A DNA stretch of 64,000 nt. Origin: the human T2T-CHM13v2.0 reference genome, Homo sapiens. The position numbers were made by a program, and so were the translations under genes. This document shows positions 38,831 through 52,303 of this stretch, one piece after another. Every line of letters starts with the position of its first letter. Position 1 is the first letter of the stretch. The notes beneath the pieces were generated by a model. That model was not told the DNA's origin. It searched no databases and saw nothing but the letters and a program-made list of their open reading frames with translations. Location of the stretch: assembly GCF_009914755.1 (NCBI RefSeq), contig NC_060939.1. The stretch is one strand, 5' to 3'.

Positions 38831-41800
38831 TTCTACCTCATCAGACTGCCCTGGTCCATGAACCCCAGGGTGAAGGGCAAAGGGAGACTACGCATCTCCA
38901 GGCCTTGCATTGTGCTAGCCACAGGCTTGGCTGTCCTTATGTGAAACACATGCTAAGATGACATTTATCATGTTTGAATGTGTATGTAAAAGTGACACTC
39001 AGCTTGAGGGAGACTGGGTCACATTCATGAAAAAGATAACCACAGATACAGTTCAATCTTATTTGAATTGTGTTCTTTCATGAGAAAGGCACGATTTTGA
39101 GACATTACTATTATTACTTTGAATCACATTATATTTCTTATATGTAGAAATCACATTGTATTTCTTATAAAGTAGACCACTGTTTTTTAAATGTTTATAT
39201 TTTCTAGGCATAGTTTGAAATATCTGAAATAAAATTTATCTATTACAGTGTCATCTTTTTTAGTGATATGGAGCAAACCAGGTTTCTGACCAAGGTACCC
39301 TCCGCAGACTACACTGAAACATTTTATATTCTTTCACCTCTGATGAAATTCACATTTGAGAAATTAAGGGAATCCTGAATATCTGATGGTCTTCCTTTTT
39401 GTAAAAACCCAGCCCAGACTTAAGGAAAACCATAATACATTTTTCTCATATTAAATTGAAATATATGATATATGTAGTTACAATTATAATGTACAAAAAT
39501 TGGTTTGTGAGACTGAAGTTTTATATTTGTTTTTGGCATATGTTGTACAAAAGAAAGCAGAACATATGAATGAACAAATTGAATAAGATTTTGGAAGCTA
39601 TTTTTAAGAAGATAATAAACATTTCAAAGCATAAACTAAATGTTTCTTTTCTAAACATCTGGAATATTACATTTAAAGTCTCTTATTAGAAATAGTATGA
39701 TATAAAAAAAGAGTTTAATAATAAATATCTTCTTTTGCAGTTTAAGGTGAAAATGCCACTACTGAACCTTCAACACTTTCAACACTTTAAAATGTTCTCC
39801 AAACACCTTTCAAGCTCTGTGTGTGGGAGTGGCGGGGGTAAAGGGGGTAGAGGATGGAAAGGATATGGAATGGGATGGGGCACACTTATTTGAGGGGAAT
39901 CCCAAGGTGGACCTAATGACTAGAGAATGCAAATTCATTCTGGCTGTCTGAGAAAGACTCCGTTTTTGTCTTTGATTCAATTTGATGACACAGATTATCT
40001 GTCTTGATCTGATTATTCTCTTTTCCCTTTGCCCCAACAATTGCTATTTGACATCTCATGCACAGGAAAGACCCAGTGGGCCACGAATAGAGAAATACAG
40101 TTACAGGTGCTCTGTGTTTATGGAAACTAGGTGTCGACCTACACATTTATGGGAGTTGTCTATCACTGAGTTAGAACTTTCTGAGCACCACAGCTTAGAC
40201 ATTATATCCAGTTTACAGGACCTGAATGTGTAGATTTTCCTGGAGGAAATGCTTCTTTGAACTAATTTTGGAGATTTTACAACATTATCTTCTGAAGTAT
40301 TTGACAGACACCACTATAATTTTGGATTTGTAAATTGAACCTTGATTAACAAGAATCATTACACAATCTGTTTCAGAAAAGTGGTTTCTATAGCATGGGA
40401 TGGGACTAAGGCTGAGAAGGGTGAATGCAGATTGTTAGGCCTTAAAAATATTTGGGAATGATTCCGATCATCTTCTTTTACAATACTATAAACTTTTTAG
40501 GTAGGAGTTGCTCTAATTTTTCTGTTTCTTCATATAAACCTTTCAAATTAATGAAGAAAATCAAGTTGTTTCCCAAAAATATACTCAAGACATCACTGTA
40601 CTCCACATCAAATTCAGAACTTCATAAATAACTTACTGGTTTGCTTGCATTTTTAAGATAATGTAACACAGTTATCTCTAATGTTGGCTTCATGAATGTT
40701 AGGCATTATTTTCAAAATTAATGTGTATGTTTAAAATCTTGGGGGGTATTATAGATTTTATTAGATTCTTAAAGGAGTCCATGAGCACCTCTATCCCCCA
40801 GAAATTAAGGACCCCTATAATAAATAAGCAGACAAATTTACATGAGACTATTAAAACAGAAGGTCTTAGAGACCGGGTTGTGGTACTCTGTCCCCTCATT
40901 TCCGGCACCTTCTTTCAATCCTGCCCACATGCCTGGTGTTGAGACTCCCTCTTGCTCTTCTGCTCCTATGCATGTACAATCAAGTTAATAACAAGAGACA
41001 CACAGAATGGATGCTCCTACTGCATTCCTACTCTTTAATTATGAATATCAAATTGACCCTGAATCTTAGTGACCATTCCTGTTCTGTGAACAAATTGGAC
41101 AATGAAGAAAGGAATTAAAAATGTTCTTCGTCACTCTCCTTCTTAAACTAAGAGCCTAGAGAAAGAAAGCCTAGCTTTTAAATTTTAGGCTGAATGGGGG
41201 AGCTGTAGCAATCAAATGTCAAAGGCATTTACTAAGAAGGATTCTAAAACAACCCAGCCAAAAAAAAAAAATCCTTATCAGATCTTCTAGATTTATAATC
41301 TTGTTTCTTTTTCTATTAAAAATACTTTCATTTTCAGTCTTAGAATCCCTGGGTAATACTTAAATACTACCATATTCCAACAAAGGAGGAGAAGGGAAGA
41401 AGACATCTGCCATTGCCTAGGCTCCAGTTGTGATGCCTTCCTGTCTTCCACGTTTCTGTAGTGGCCAATTCTTTATTGTATGCCCCTATTTTGCATCATG
41501 GTCCCTCTCTCAAGGAAGTGGAAGGGCAGAAATGAGGGGGAAAAAAGTGTGAGATTAAAAGGCTACCACTTGAATGAACTAAGATTTTTGTTTTTTATAT
41601 CTTGATTGGCTATATAAGCATTTGGGGGAGAAGGTATCAGTATTTGCATTGCTGTCTTCATCAACAAAATTACATTTGCTAATGGTTTTCATGGAATTAG
41701 GGAATTATATGCACTCACCAAATATAATATGATTCATTTTAAACAAACCCCCTTTCATGAATAAGGTATTTTTCTAAACATTCTTACAGCAAGTTGTTTT

Positions 41801-42741
41801 GAAACTCAAAAGTGCCAATGTTAATAACATCCATAATTATTTCTCTACAGCTTATGCTGTTATATATTATATAAGAAAAACTAGAAAAACTGGTAAAAAG
41901 GAGTTTAAAAAGAGTTCTCAACTTGAATTAAATAAGTGGGAGATAGAACAAATTATAGTACTTATGTTGGGAAAGCTATTTTTCAGCTTTTGAATTTTTT
42001 AGTTATGGCATGACTAAGAAAAAATTGAACGCCTACATACCAGCATACACAATGGGTTTTAGTTAGGGAAATTGGTTTTAGCAAAAGATTACTGGAAATG
42101 ATAAAAAGAAAAAAACAAAAGAACTCTTCCGTCTCTCTACTTCTGACCACCTCTGACTTTACTCACCTAGAACAACCCTAATCTTCTTTAAAAATCCAAC
42201 TCTCCACCTACTATCTGCCTGCACCAGGTAGCAAAGTTGGCTAGGAAAACACACAGGCTAAGCTCATTTTAAATAGAGAGACACTCACTGGTCTCATCTT
42301 AAATTTATATTTACTGATTTTAAATGGGCCTTCAGCATCCCACTATATTTATATAGTCGATGTATACTTCTACTTTTCTAAGCTGGTGTTTCACACCCAT
42401 ACCCTTTCCTTTTTCCCCAAATTCCGACATTTCTCTCTACTCCTCACTCTCAGCTAATGAGCTTGCCTCTTATTTCAATACAAGACTGAGAAATCAGAAA
42501 AGAATTACTTTATCTTCTCACTATGGAATCTACCTCCATGTACTCTGCGTTTTCTTTCTTTACAACGGGAACCATGTTCCCATGTAAGACCAACTCCTCT
42601 GCTTGTGCAATGCATCTCATTCCTTCTTGACCATTCACTTCTACAGCTATTCTTTCTCTTGTATCTTCAGTTTCTACTTTTCTACTGAATCAGCATAAAT
42701 GCAGGCTGCAGTATCTCTCATTTAAAAAATACTCTTCTCTA

Positions 42742-43520
42742 AGACATACAAGTGGCCAAGAAACATGAAAAAATGCTCATTATCACTAACCATCAGAGTA
42801 ATGCACATCAAAACCACAAAGAGATACCATCTCACAGCAGTCAGAATAGCTTCTATTAAAAAATTAAAAAAAAATAACAGGTGTTGGCAGAACTGCAGAG
42901 AAAAGGAAACACGTATACACTGTTGCAGGGGATGTAAATTTGTTCAGCCACTGTGAAAAGCAGTTTGGAGGTTTCTCAAAGAACTGAGAACTACCATTCG
43001 ACTCAGCAATCCCATTACTGCATATACATCCAAAGGAAAATAAATCGTCACCAAAAAGTCACATGCATCTGTATGCTCATCCAGCACTATTCACAATAAG
43101 AAAAAACATAGATTCAACCTGGTGCCCATCAATGGTGGACTGGATAGAGAAAATGTGGTATATAAACACCATGGAATACCATACAGCCATAAAAAAGAAA
43201 GTCACATCTTTTGCAGCAACATGGATGGAGCTGGAGGCCATTATCCTAAGCAAACTAATGTAGAAACAGAAAACCAAATACTGCATGTTCTCACTTATAA
43301 GGAGCTAAACATTGAGTATACACGGACACAAAGATGGAAACAATAGACTGGAGAATACAAGAAGGGAGAAGAAGTGGGGGAAGGATTGAAAAGCTACCTA
43401 TCGGGTACTATGCTCACTACCTGGGTGATGGGTTCAATCGTACTCAACATCATGCAATATACCTTTGCAGCAAATATGCACATGCATCCCCTGCATCTAA
43501 ACTAAAAGTTGAAAAAAAAA
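42742..43520 (+). mobile_element. L1PB-like LINE-1 3' end
   Basis: ORF2 C-terminal remnant (MKKCSLSLTIR...; FAATWMELEAIILSKL), 3'UTR, TSD aaaaatactcttctcta / aaaaattcttttcta. Confidence 0.92.
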
Positions 43521-43749
43521 TTCTTTTCTAGACCACACATCCTAATTATTGTCCCATTTCTTCTCTCTACCTTGCAGCAAAATAAAACCTTCAAAAGGCT
43601 TCCATGTGTAGGCTTTCCATATTCACCTCTTCACTGACTTCTCTTTCTAGCCCACTCCATTCAGGCTGTCTTCTCCATTTTTCCACAGAAACCATTCTTG
43701 TCAGGATCCCCAGCATTCTCCTTCTAGCTATATCCAATAGTTGGTTCTT

Positions 43750-44058
43750 TATTTTTTCTTTTCTCAACTTTTATTTTAGGTTTAGGGGTACATTTGTGGG
43801 TTTGTTACATGGGTAAATTGCATGTTGCTGGGGTTTGGTGTACAAATGATTTTGTCATCCAGGTAGTGACAAAATCGCTACCTATAGTATCCAATAGGTA
43901 GTTTTTTGACCCTCAGTCTCCTCTCACACTCCCTCAAGTAGGCCCCCGGGTCTATTCTTCCCATCTTTGTGTTCATGTGTACTCAATGTTTAGCTTCCAC
44001 TTACAAGTGAGAACCTGTGGTATTTGGTTTTCTGTTCCTGTGTTACTTTGCTTAGGAT
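43750..44058 (-). mobile_element. Old L1PA-like (about L1PA13-16) 3' end
   Basis: aacttttattttaggtttaggggtaca...gtttgttacatgggtaaattgc...ccacttacaagtgagaac. Confidence 0.9.
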
Positions 44059-44159
44059 CAGAGGCCAGTTCTTAGTACTTATCTTATTTGACCCATCAAT
44101 GGCATTTGATGCAATTAAGCTCTGTCTCTCCCTCTCTCTCTCTTAAAACACACTATTCT

Positions 44160-44497
44160 ACATGGATGAAGCTGGAAACCATCATTCTCAGCAAACTATT
44201 GCAAGGACAAAAAACCAAACACCGCATGTTCTCACTCATAGGTGGGAAATGAACAATGAGAACACATGGATACAGGAAGGGGAACATCACACACCAGGGA
44301 CTGTTGTGGGGTGGAGGGAGTGGGGAGGGATAGCATTAGGAGATATACCTAATGCTAAATGACGAGTTAATGGGTGCAGCACACCAACATGGCACATGTA
44401 TACATGTGTAACAAACCTGCACGTTGTGCACATGCAACCTAAAACTTAAAGTATAATAATAATAAAAAAAACACAAAACAAAACAACAACAACAAAA
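44160..44497 (+). mobile_element. Young L1PA (about L1PA3-5) 3' end
   Basis: Near-consensus L1PA 3'UTR ending in taaaacttaaagtataataat; TSD acactattct. Confidence 0.95.
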
Positions 44498-44819
44498 ACA
44501 CTATTCTTTCTTTGGTTTCTGAGACACAATACTCTGCTAGTATTCTTGTTGCCTCAGGAACTTCTTAGTCTCCTTACTGAATCCGCCAACTCTTTTAGTC
44601 CTTGGCATTTTTCCTCCTCCTTCAACTTCCTAGGTGTTCACATCCCTTTTGTGGTTTTAAATCTTTATGAGAAGCCTTCCAGATTTATACCTCCCACCTC
44701 AAACTCTCCCTGAGCTCCACACTCCTGTAGTTAAGTATTCATATTTACTTGAGTGACTGATAAACAAGTCTGCATCTGCAGTTAAGAAAAGCAGAAAAAT
44801 GACCACAACCATATCTCCC

Positions 44820-45217
44820 TGTTATGGACTGAATGTTTGTGTCTCCCCCAAGTTCATATGTTGAAACGCTAATCTCCAATGTGATGGTATTTGGAGATGG
44901 AGCTTTTGGGAAGTAATTAAGGTTAGACAAGGTCATGAGAGTGAGGTTCTGGTTTGATGGGATCAGTATCTTTTTAGAAGAGACACCAAGAGCTAGCTTG
45001 CTAGTGTGCTCGCTCTCTCTCTCTCATTCTCACTCTTTCTCTCTCTGCCATGTGAAAACACAGAAAGATGCCAGCAAGAGAGACCTCAACAGGAAGCAAA
45101 TCAACTAGCATCTTGATTTTGGACTTCTCAGCCTCTAGAACTGTGAGAAATAAATTTCTGTTGTTTAAGCATCCAGTTGTTGGTATTTTGTTATAGCAGC
45201 CCAAACTGACTAATACA
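44820..45217 (+). mobile_element. MLT1A-like MaLR solo LTR
   Basis: tgttatggactgaatgtttgtgtc start, ttatagcagcccaaactgactaataca end, 5-bp TSD ctccc/ctcct. Confidence 0.9.
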
Positions 45218-48200
45218 CTCCTCTTTGCCTTCCAGACTGCTTCTCCTCAGGTTACCCCATTTTGATAAGTGGCAGCAGTATTTATGCACTTGCTCAGGCT
45301 AAAGGGCCAGAGCCCATCCTTGACTTTCTTTCCTGCATTCCTCATCCAAATTCACCAACATCCTATCAAGTCTTCAATATATACCCTGCATCTTGATTAT
45401 TTCTTGCCACCTCAACTGCTACTAATGTAGCCCAAGACATGTACATTGTTAGCATAAACTACAGTACAGTCTTCTAATGGATCCCCTTGCTTCCAGTCTT
45501 TCACATGCCCAAGCCTAGTTCCTTCATAATATTCTCCACACAGCAGCCAAGATATATTTTAGAAAGGTGAGTCAGAAAATGCTACTTTCCCTGCCTGAAA
45601 TCGTTCATGGCATCCCAGGACATTCAGAATAAAATCCAGCTGCCTAAGAGGGATCTCAAATGTTCTCCATCATCTGGCCACTGTTTATATCTCCATCTTT
45701 CCAATGTTTTGTTTATTTTCTCTGTTCTAGCTGCATTTGCTGCTTCTAAGCATGTTAATTGTGTTCTTGCCTCAAAGCCTCTGCAGGAGCTACTTAGTCC
45801 TTCTGAAATACTCTACTCTCAGAGCGTGGCAGGACTCATTCCCCCACTTCATCTAGGTCTGTACAAATGCCACTTCCTCACAAAGGCCTTTCTTGAACAT
45901 TTTATCTAAAATAGTGACTAACTTGTTTTTCTCTCTCCCTTACCCTGCTTTTTTCTCTTCACAGCACTTATAATAATTTTTTTAATCAACTCTCTTCCAT
46001 CAGAATGTAAACTCCATGAAGACAAGATGTTTGTCTTTACCACTGAACCCACACTGCTAAGAAGAGCCTCCACTCAAGAGCAGACCCTCTCTAGATACGT
46101 GTTAGATGAATAAGCAGTTTTCAAAGGTTTTTCCAAAACTGTAGAAATTGCTACTTATAAATTTTAAGGTCTAAAATCTGATTTCAAAAATGTGTTCTCC
46201 TTTAAATGAGGAGAAGTGAGGGAACCCCATAAGCAAATTGGTCACAACACGCAGACCATGTAAACAGAAGATTTCAAGGTGGCAAAGGCAGAGGAATCAG
46301 CAAAGCTTACAAACATGCTTGCTACCATGGCAAAAGAGTGAGGAAAATGGAGAAAACAAAACTGCATTTGCTTTCTGGATCCTCGGTGAGCAGAAAGGTG
46401 AAAGACGTTGGTTCTACTATGCCAACCATCATCTTCTGACCCCCACAGCTTTTGAGCTAGAGATATCACATATTATTTGGGCTTTGCTGAAGATTGTGCT
46501 GAGGCTGCTACTGACCCCAGAAAACAAGAATAGTTTGTTCTCTTCCCTTTTCGTTTTTAACCTTCCATAGAGCCCAAGTTTTACTGCCATTTATCTTTCC
46601 CCCTCCTGAATTCCAATACTGATTCCCCAATTCCAACACTGATATTGACCGAAGTGAAATCATGCAACATTCCCTAAAATGCAACCTGTTATTTTTCTTA
46701 CCTGGCCTTTATAGCCTAAAATTAATATGATGCCATCCCTGAAACAAAACAGTAAGATATGTTTAAAATATTAATCTGAAGAAACGAACAGGACTTTTCA
46801 TTCCGCTGTAAAAATGTACTAATGCAAATAGAATAAGCTAATGCATATTTGATTTAATAAGCAGTGAATCGAAAAGTTATGCTAAGTGGTTTATCCAATC
46901 ACAGCCTCAAATACATCTCTGGGCACTGACTGGATATAATTGGTAATAAGAATAAAAGGGCAAGCACAAAAATATTACATCTAAATTCGTCAGCACTTTA
47001 AATGAGCAACCCCTTTGTGGACTGCACTGGTCATGAGATTGCACATCACTACCTTGTAATGACATGCTAGGACAAATGCTCAGAGCAACAAATTCTTTCC
47101 ATGGTTGCTTGGTTGGCCTTGAACAGCAAAAGGCAACTGGATTTATTTTGTTCTGGCAGTAGCTCAGTGGGAACATAAACTGGTAATGCTAGGGAACAGA
47201 GGGTCTACAGAGAAAAGGAAGTTCTACTCATATACTATAATATACTATACTAAACGCTCAAATGCCAGCTACACCTAAACCAGAAGCAATGTGAGTGGTA
47301 AACACTAACATTTTCAAAGAATTGTCTAATATTCATGGTAGAATCTATAAAAGGTGACTTTGAATAATCACTTCCCAGCAAACCTGTAAAAGTTTTATAA
47401 AATATGCTGCAAAAATGACTCACAGTAGATGTAATTACTGTGCAACCTTGGAAACTGATGTAAAAAATTCAGCTACCAGCATGTTAACGGCCACCTAATA
47501 TATGGGTTGTTTGATTGGACTCTTTGGGCAAAACTGCAAAATTCCTAACCCATTGCTGCTATATATTTTATCAGGGCCAAATTTAGCTACTTTCATTTTT
47601 TAAAATGCCATTTTAGACATCACAGTGAATCAAGTCAGTGTTGCTTAATTGCTTGCATACATTACAATCTAATCTATTTCCCCAAACACTAATTTAACTA
47701 GTTATTATTTATTTTTATTTTTTGGAGCAGTGGCAGAGTTCTAATGCCTGAACTATGAAACTTGGCAAAATCGCTGCTTTCTTAAAAAAAAAACTGTAAG
47801 TATCAGCAGTGAATTTTTCTCCTTTACGCAGTCAGCAACTGTTTATTTTTTAATGTATTCATTCTAAATTAAAAGTTTAGTATAAAAATATTTTATTGAC
47901 CATATTCTGTTTTGAATTATAATAATATAGCGTTTCTGTGGGTGGAAAAAGAAGCCACATTTTAGAAGGGTCTCTTGCCGTATTTTTACCCTATGCCTTT
48001 GGCTTAGTGGGAATGATCAGGTATTCTATCAGTTTAACAGTGAATGCCAACCAAATATGTCAACTTTTGAAAGATGTCCTCATCTTATAAAATGTTCACT
48101 CTATAATCATCACCTTTCTAGGCATTGGCCTTATGGGCTGTCACTTTTGGAAAATTAAATGTAAATTGATTTTTTTGCAAAATTGATTCTATGTTAATGC

Positions 48201-49357
48201 CACTATAGGTGTTTGCTAGTTAAATGACCTTAACTATGAATCTTTTAGGAAAGAGACCATCCCCCCTATTTTGTAATAGAATAATAAATTCACTTTTCCC
48301 CTTAAGCTTACCTGTTTTGTAAACTTACATATATAACATTTTCTCCAAAGTGAGGCTTATCTCAACCATGGGTAAAAGATTGGATGTTAAGAATTGCTCT
48401 ACTGGCCTTCTTCTAGATTAATATTTAGGACTATTAGGATCACCCAAATACAGTAGCCACCACATGAACTGAGTTGAGCTCTCAGTCTGACAACTTTATT
48501 ACACACCCTCTATTTATTCTAAGACTTAAATTGTAAGTAGGCAGGGATTTTGCCTTATTAATCTATGTGCCCCAATAAATATTTGTCAGATTGAATTCTC
48601 AGTTTTGTACAGCTGAAACAATGCCTCATCTTATTATATGGTTCACTTTGGTGGAACACTCTTTGATTTACTTATAGAGAACTAAAATTCATTTTAAAGA
48701 AATTTTTTAAAAGCCATATAAAAATTTGCTGAAGAGAAGGTTTGGTGGTGAAGCTTTCAAATATATCAATAACAATAAAAGCTCTCTGTTTTTTACATTT
48801 CCAAATTCCATAACTATAGGTGTTGAAACTCAAATTGTTCTACATAATTAATTTCAGTCCTATATAAATATACTTGTAGATACTGTGTGAAATTGAATTT
48901 TTCAGCACTCAATTTAATCTATTTGAAGGATTAGAATATTTTGTTCTTAGTGTGGTGAATTGGGCAAATGCTGAGCCCAAAAGTTATTTCAACTGCAAAC
49001 ACTGCTTAAACCTTTAATTAGTTTAAACATGTTTTCTTAAGTCATTGTGATCAGTAATTAGAAGACCGAAGTCTACTTCGCCAGCTAATCTTAGTATATA
49101 ATTCTGAACAACCGAAATTTCACGACGGCAATTTGACTTCAGAAGTCTATAGAGTATACAAGATTTAGAAAGTTTTGAATTGTCTAGAAATTCTCAGCTA
49201 TCAATACAATTCAAAATGTCTATGAAGTTTTAACTGTTATACCTCATATCAGTTAATTTGGGGGCAGGTTTCTTACAGTAACAAAAAAGATTAAACTGCC
49301 TAACACACATGCTAAACCTGGTGACAGTGCAGAGCATTATTTCACTTTTGAAACTGA

Positions 49358-49848
49358 TGTGCTACACCAAAATATGGCACCTTGGCATATTGAATATTTT
49401 AAGCTGAAGGAATTTGAGAAACGACAGAAAGTTCTCCCTGGCCTTTTCTGTCCTTCTCCCCTGAAGCAGGTTATAAGCCTCTCATGTGGGAGGTGCCCTC
49501 CTTCTACCCTGAGGAAAGGAGCATTCTTACCTCTGAATATGGGACACTGAGGGGAATCAGAACTAACAGGCCTTCCTAGGCTTCCCCTCTGTTTATAACA
49601 CTTATTTTACACTCTTTGTCCTAACCCATTTTTCCATGACTTTCTAGTTTTCATCAAACCTAGCATAACAATGGTCAGATATAACCATTTCTTTGGGTCT
49701 TCACTTCCTTATGAAGGCTCCTGTGTCACAAAAAACTTACATTAAATAAATTTGTATGCCTTTTTCCTATTAATCTGTCTTCTGCTAAAGGAGGCCCAGT
49801 CAAGAACTTAGAAGGGTAGACAGAAAAAGATGTTTTTCCTCTCCCACA
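49358..49848 (+). mobile_element. MER34/MER39-family ERV1 solo LTR
   Basis: ccaaaatatggcaccttggcatattgaatattttaagctg start; attaaataaatttgtatgc; ttttcctctcccaca end. Confidence 0.8.
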
Positions 49849-52303
49849 ATACTAAGAGTTAAGAATGATTTTCCAGCTCAAAAACATGAACCATAGAAGT
49901 ATAAGATCCTGTTTTGACCTCCATTAATGTTTTATAGGCAGTTAAAAGATAATAAAGATGCTATTAGTGTAGTAAGAATGCAAAATAAACTACATACATT
50001 TCATTCAGAGTTCTTTTAAAAAGTGAGTAATTGTAATGTTTAGGATTAAAACAAAAAGGATGATGAAAAAAATGTCAAATGCAGAATTCTTTCCAAAGGA
50101 GATCCCATCATCAGCCTGCTACTGAGATGAGGCATTGGTCAATCTGCTCTGGTAAGGGAGGTGGGGCAAGCTGGAGGGAGAAAATGCTATCATTCTCAAG
50201 CAGCAGGGAAAAGGAGCTTAAGAGAGATAAGACATGACTTTGCAAGAGGCAACAGGAAGGCTCTGATTAAAGAAGAAGTCATTTTCCACTTTGTAGAAGT
50301 ACTGAAGAGCCGGAAGAGTTTAGAGTGTCAATGGAAGCGAATTCTCTTCGACAACCTCTGCCTCACTATATACCCAGACTAGGGAAATCTATTTACAACA
50401 ATCAACAATAAAACTAGACATGGCTTTAAATTATGCTTTAAAACTTGGGGGCAAACAAAAGCCTGCTTATTAAAGAATGTGATAAAGAGTGAAAACACAA
50501 TTTTATCTTTTTTAAAACCACTGGAAGACTCAGAAGAATAACAAAAAGAGCAACAGCAACAACTTGCATTGGTACAATTCCTAACAATGAACAAAAACAC
50601 TTTCACATAGATTATCTCAGTTGATTACTACTGCCACTCTAAATGTGAACAAGGCTAGCTAGCATTTCCACTTTATAGAAAAGGACATTGAGGCTTTGAA
50701 GAGATTATCAGTTGTTTTCAAAAAGATATGTCACTCTAACTTTCAATTAAAAAAAAAATGACAAAATTAAAAAAGAACCGCATTCATAGAGCTAGAAAAT
50801 TCATTGACCGTAGCCTGTAACAGAAGCTACATTGCAAATTATATGGTATTCTGTTCCATACAGAGATTTTATGTCTTTTTTTTAAAAAAAAAAAAAAGGC
50901 AGAAAGTTGAAATACCTGACCACCTGCTTCAATATCAGACATCTCGCAATGCCTAAGGTTAGACAGATAGTTTAATAGAATGAACCATTTATATATAGCA
51001 GATAATGATCTGTAATGCAGCCTTGCTTCAAATTCAGAACACTTAGAATTAACCTACAATGTTTCCACAAACCTAAGAAGTCAACTTTCTCGTCCTTTCT
51101 CTTCCTGATATCTTTCTGAATGTCATCACCTACCCAAATTATGATGGGATTGTGGATAAGGGAAAGTTATGAGGACTGCCAAGTGTAATGATGCTCTTGA
51201 TTTATCACAAGGTACTAATTTTCCCATACTTTCAATGCCACACAAGTTCATGCCTGAATGAGTGGATTTTGGCCCTGCGGATCTAGTCTAATTCTGTTGC
51301 TGGAGATTACATGAGAAGTAAGACCTCCATTAGCTTATTGAATGACACTGGGATATTTAAAGTATGTCTGAGACAAAAAAGACTTAACAAAGTTTATTAA
51401 AACTCTTCTCACTGCTTTTTCACTCACTCACTAGACAATGTAAGGAACTGCCATAGGTAGGGGAAATGCTTGAAATAAAATTTTAATACTGACAATTTTT
51501 AAAAGTTTTATTTATAATTAAGAACCTTGTTATGGCTGAAACCTTTGACTTCCAGTGTTTACACCTGGAACATAGAAACTGGCCTATATTTTATTTTCTT
51601 CTGAGCTAAATGTATTGCCTTGAAAAGAGAAGAGAATATCTTAATCATAAACTTTATAAAAGAGATTGCTTGAGTGCTGCTATATGAACTTTCAGTATAT
51701 TGTGTCCAGGAATATGCATGTAGTACTATTTCAAGTCCTCTTTACCGATAATTTAATGCTGCCTCTAAATTTAATGCCTATTGCCTTTTCACCAGAAAGC
51801 AGTTTTTACTGATGATAATGATGATGGTCATTAGGGCCTTGGAGACTTTTAAAAGGATCCAAGGATGAATGAATAAATAAAAACCATGATGACTCATTCT
51901 GCACCGAATGCCATTAGTATAACGCACAGCTCAGCACAGTTCCTCTTCCCCCGAAAACTGCACTATTTAAATATATGTTAAAATTTTTTTAAACAAAATG
52001 AGTATAATTTATTCAGAGAATAATATGAGACCATGGAATGTCAGCAGCTAAGTAGGCAAGATGCAAAAAGGAAATACATTTTACTAGGCTGATATTTTCT
52101 CTAAAACTACTCCTAGTAGAACAACAATCAGATTCTGTCAGGCTCTGTTTCATTCTTTCCTTCCTGAATGAGAGGAGTTTGTTTCTGTCACATTTTCATT
52201 GCTTTCTTTATTTTATGTTTTAAATCTATTAGAGAATGTCCAGTTGAATTTCCTTGTAGTATTGTTTCAGGCTAAGTGCAGGAAAAATAAATGCTGGGAT
52301 CTT

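Larger units (their letters stand above)
42100..46115 (+). mobile_element. Long L2 LINE remnant hosting four younger insertions
   Basis: Colinear pyrimidine-rich L2 segments between the insertions, ending in an L2 3' tail (agaatgtaaactccatgaagacaag...gatgaataa). Confidence 0.75.

Noticed and set aside
42765-43531. ORFs resembling the L1 ORF2 C-terminus
   Set aside because: Broken fragments of a 5'-truncated L1PB; not an active element.
46238-46570. 110-aa ORF in unique DNA; likewise 17180..17416, 50161..50382, 54404..54592 and 63025..63321
   Set aside because: No family similarity I can recognise, often non-ATG starts, and no exon structure.
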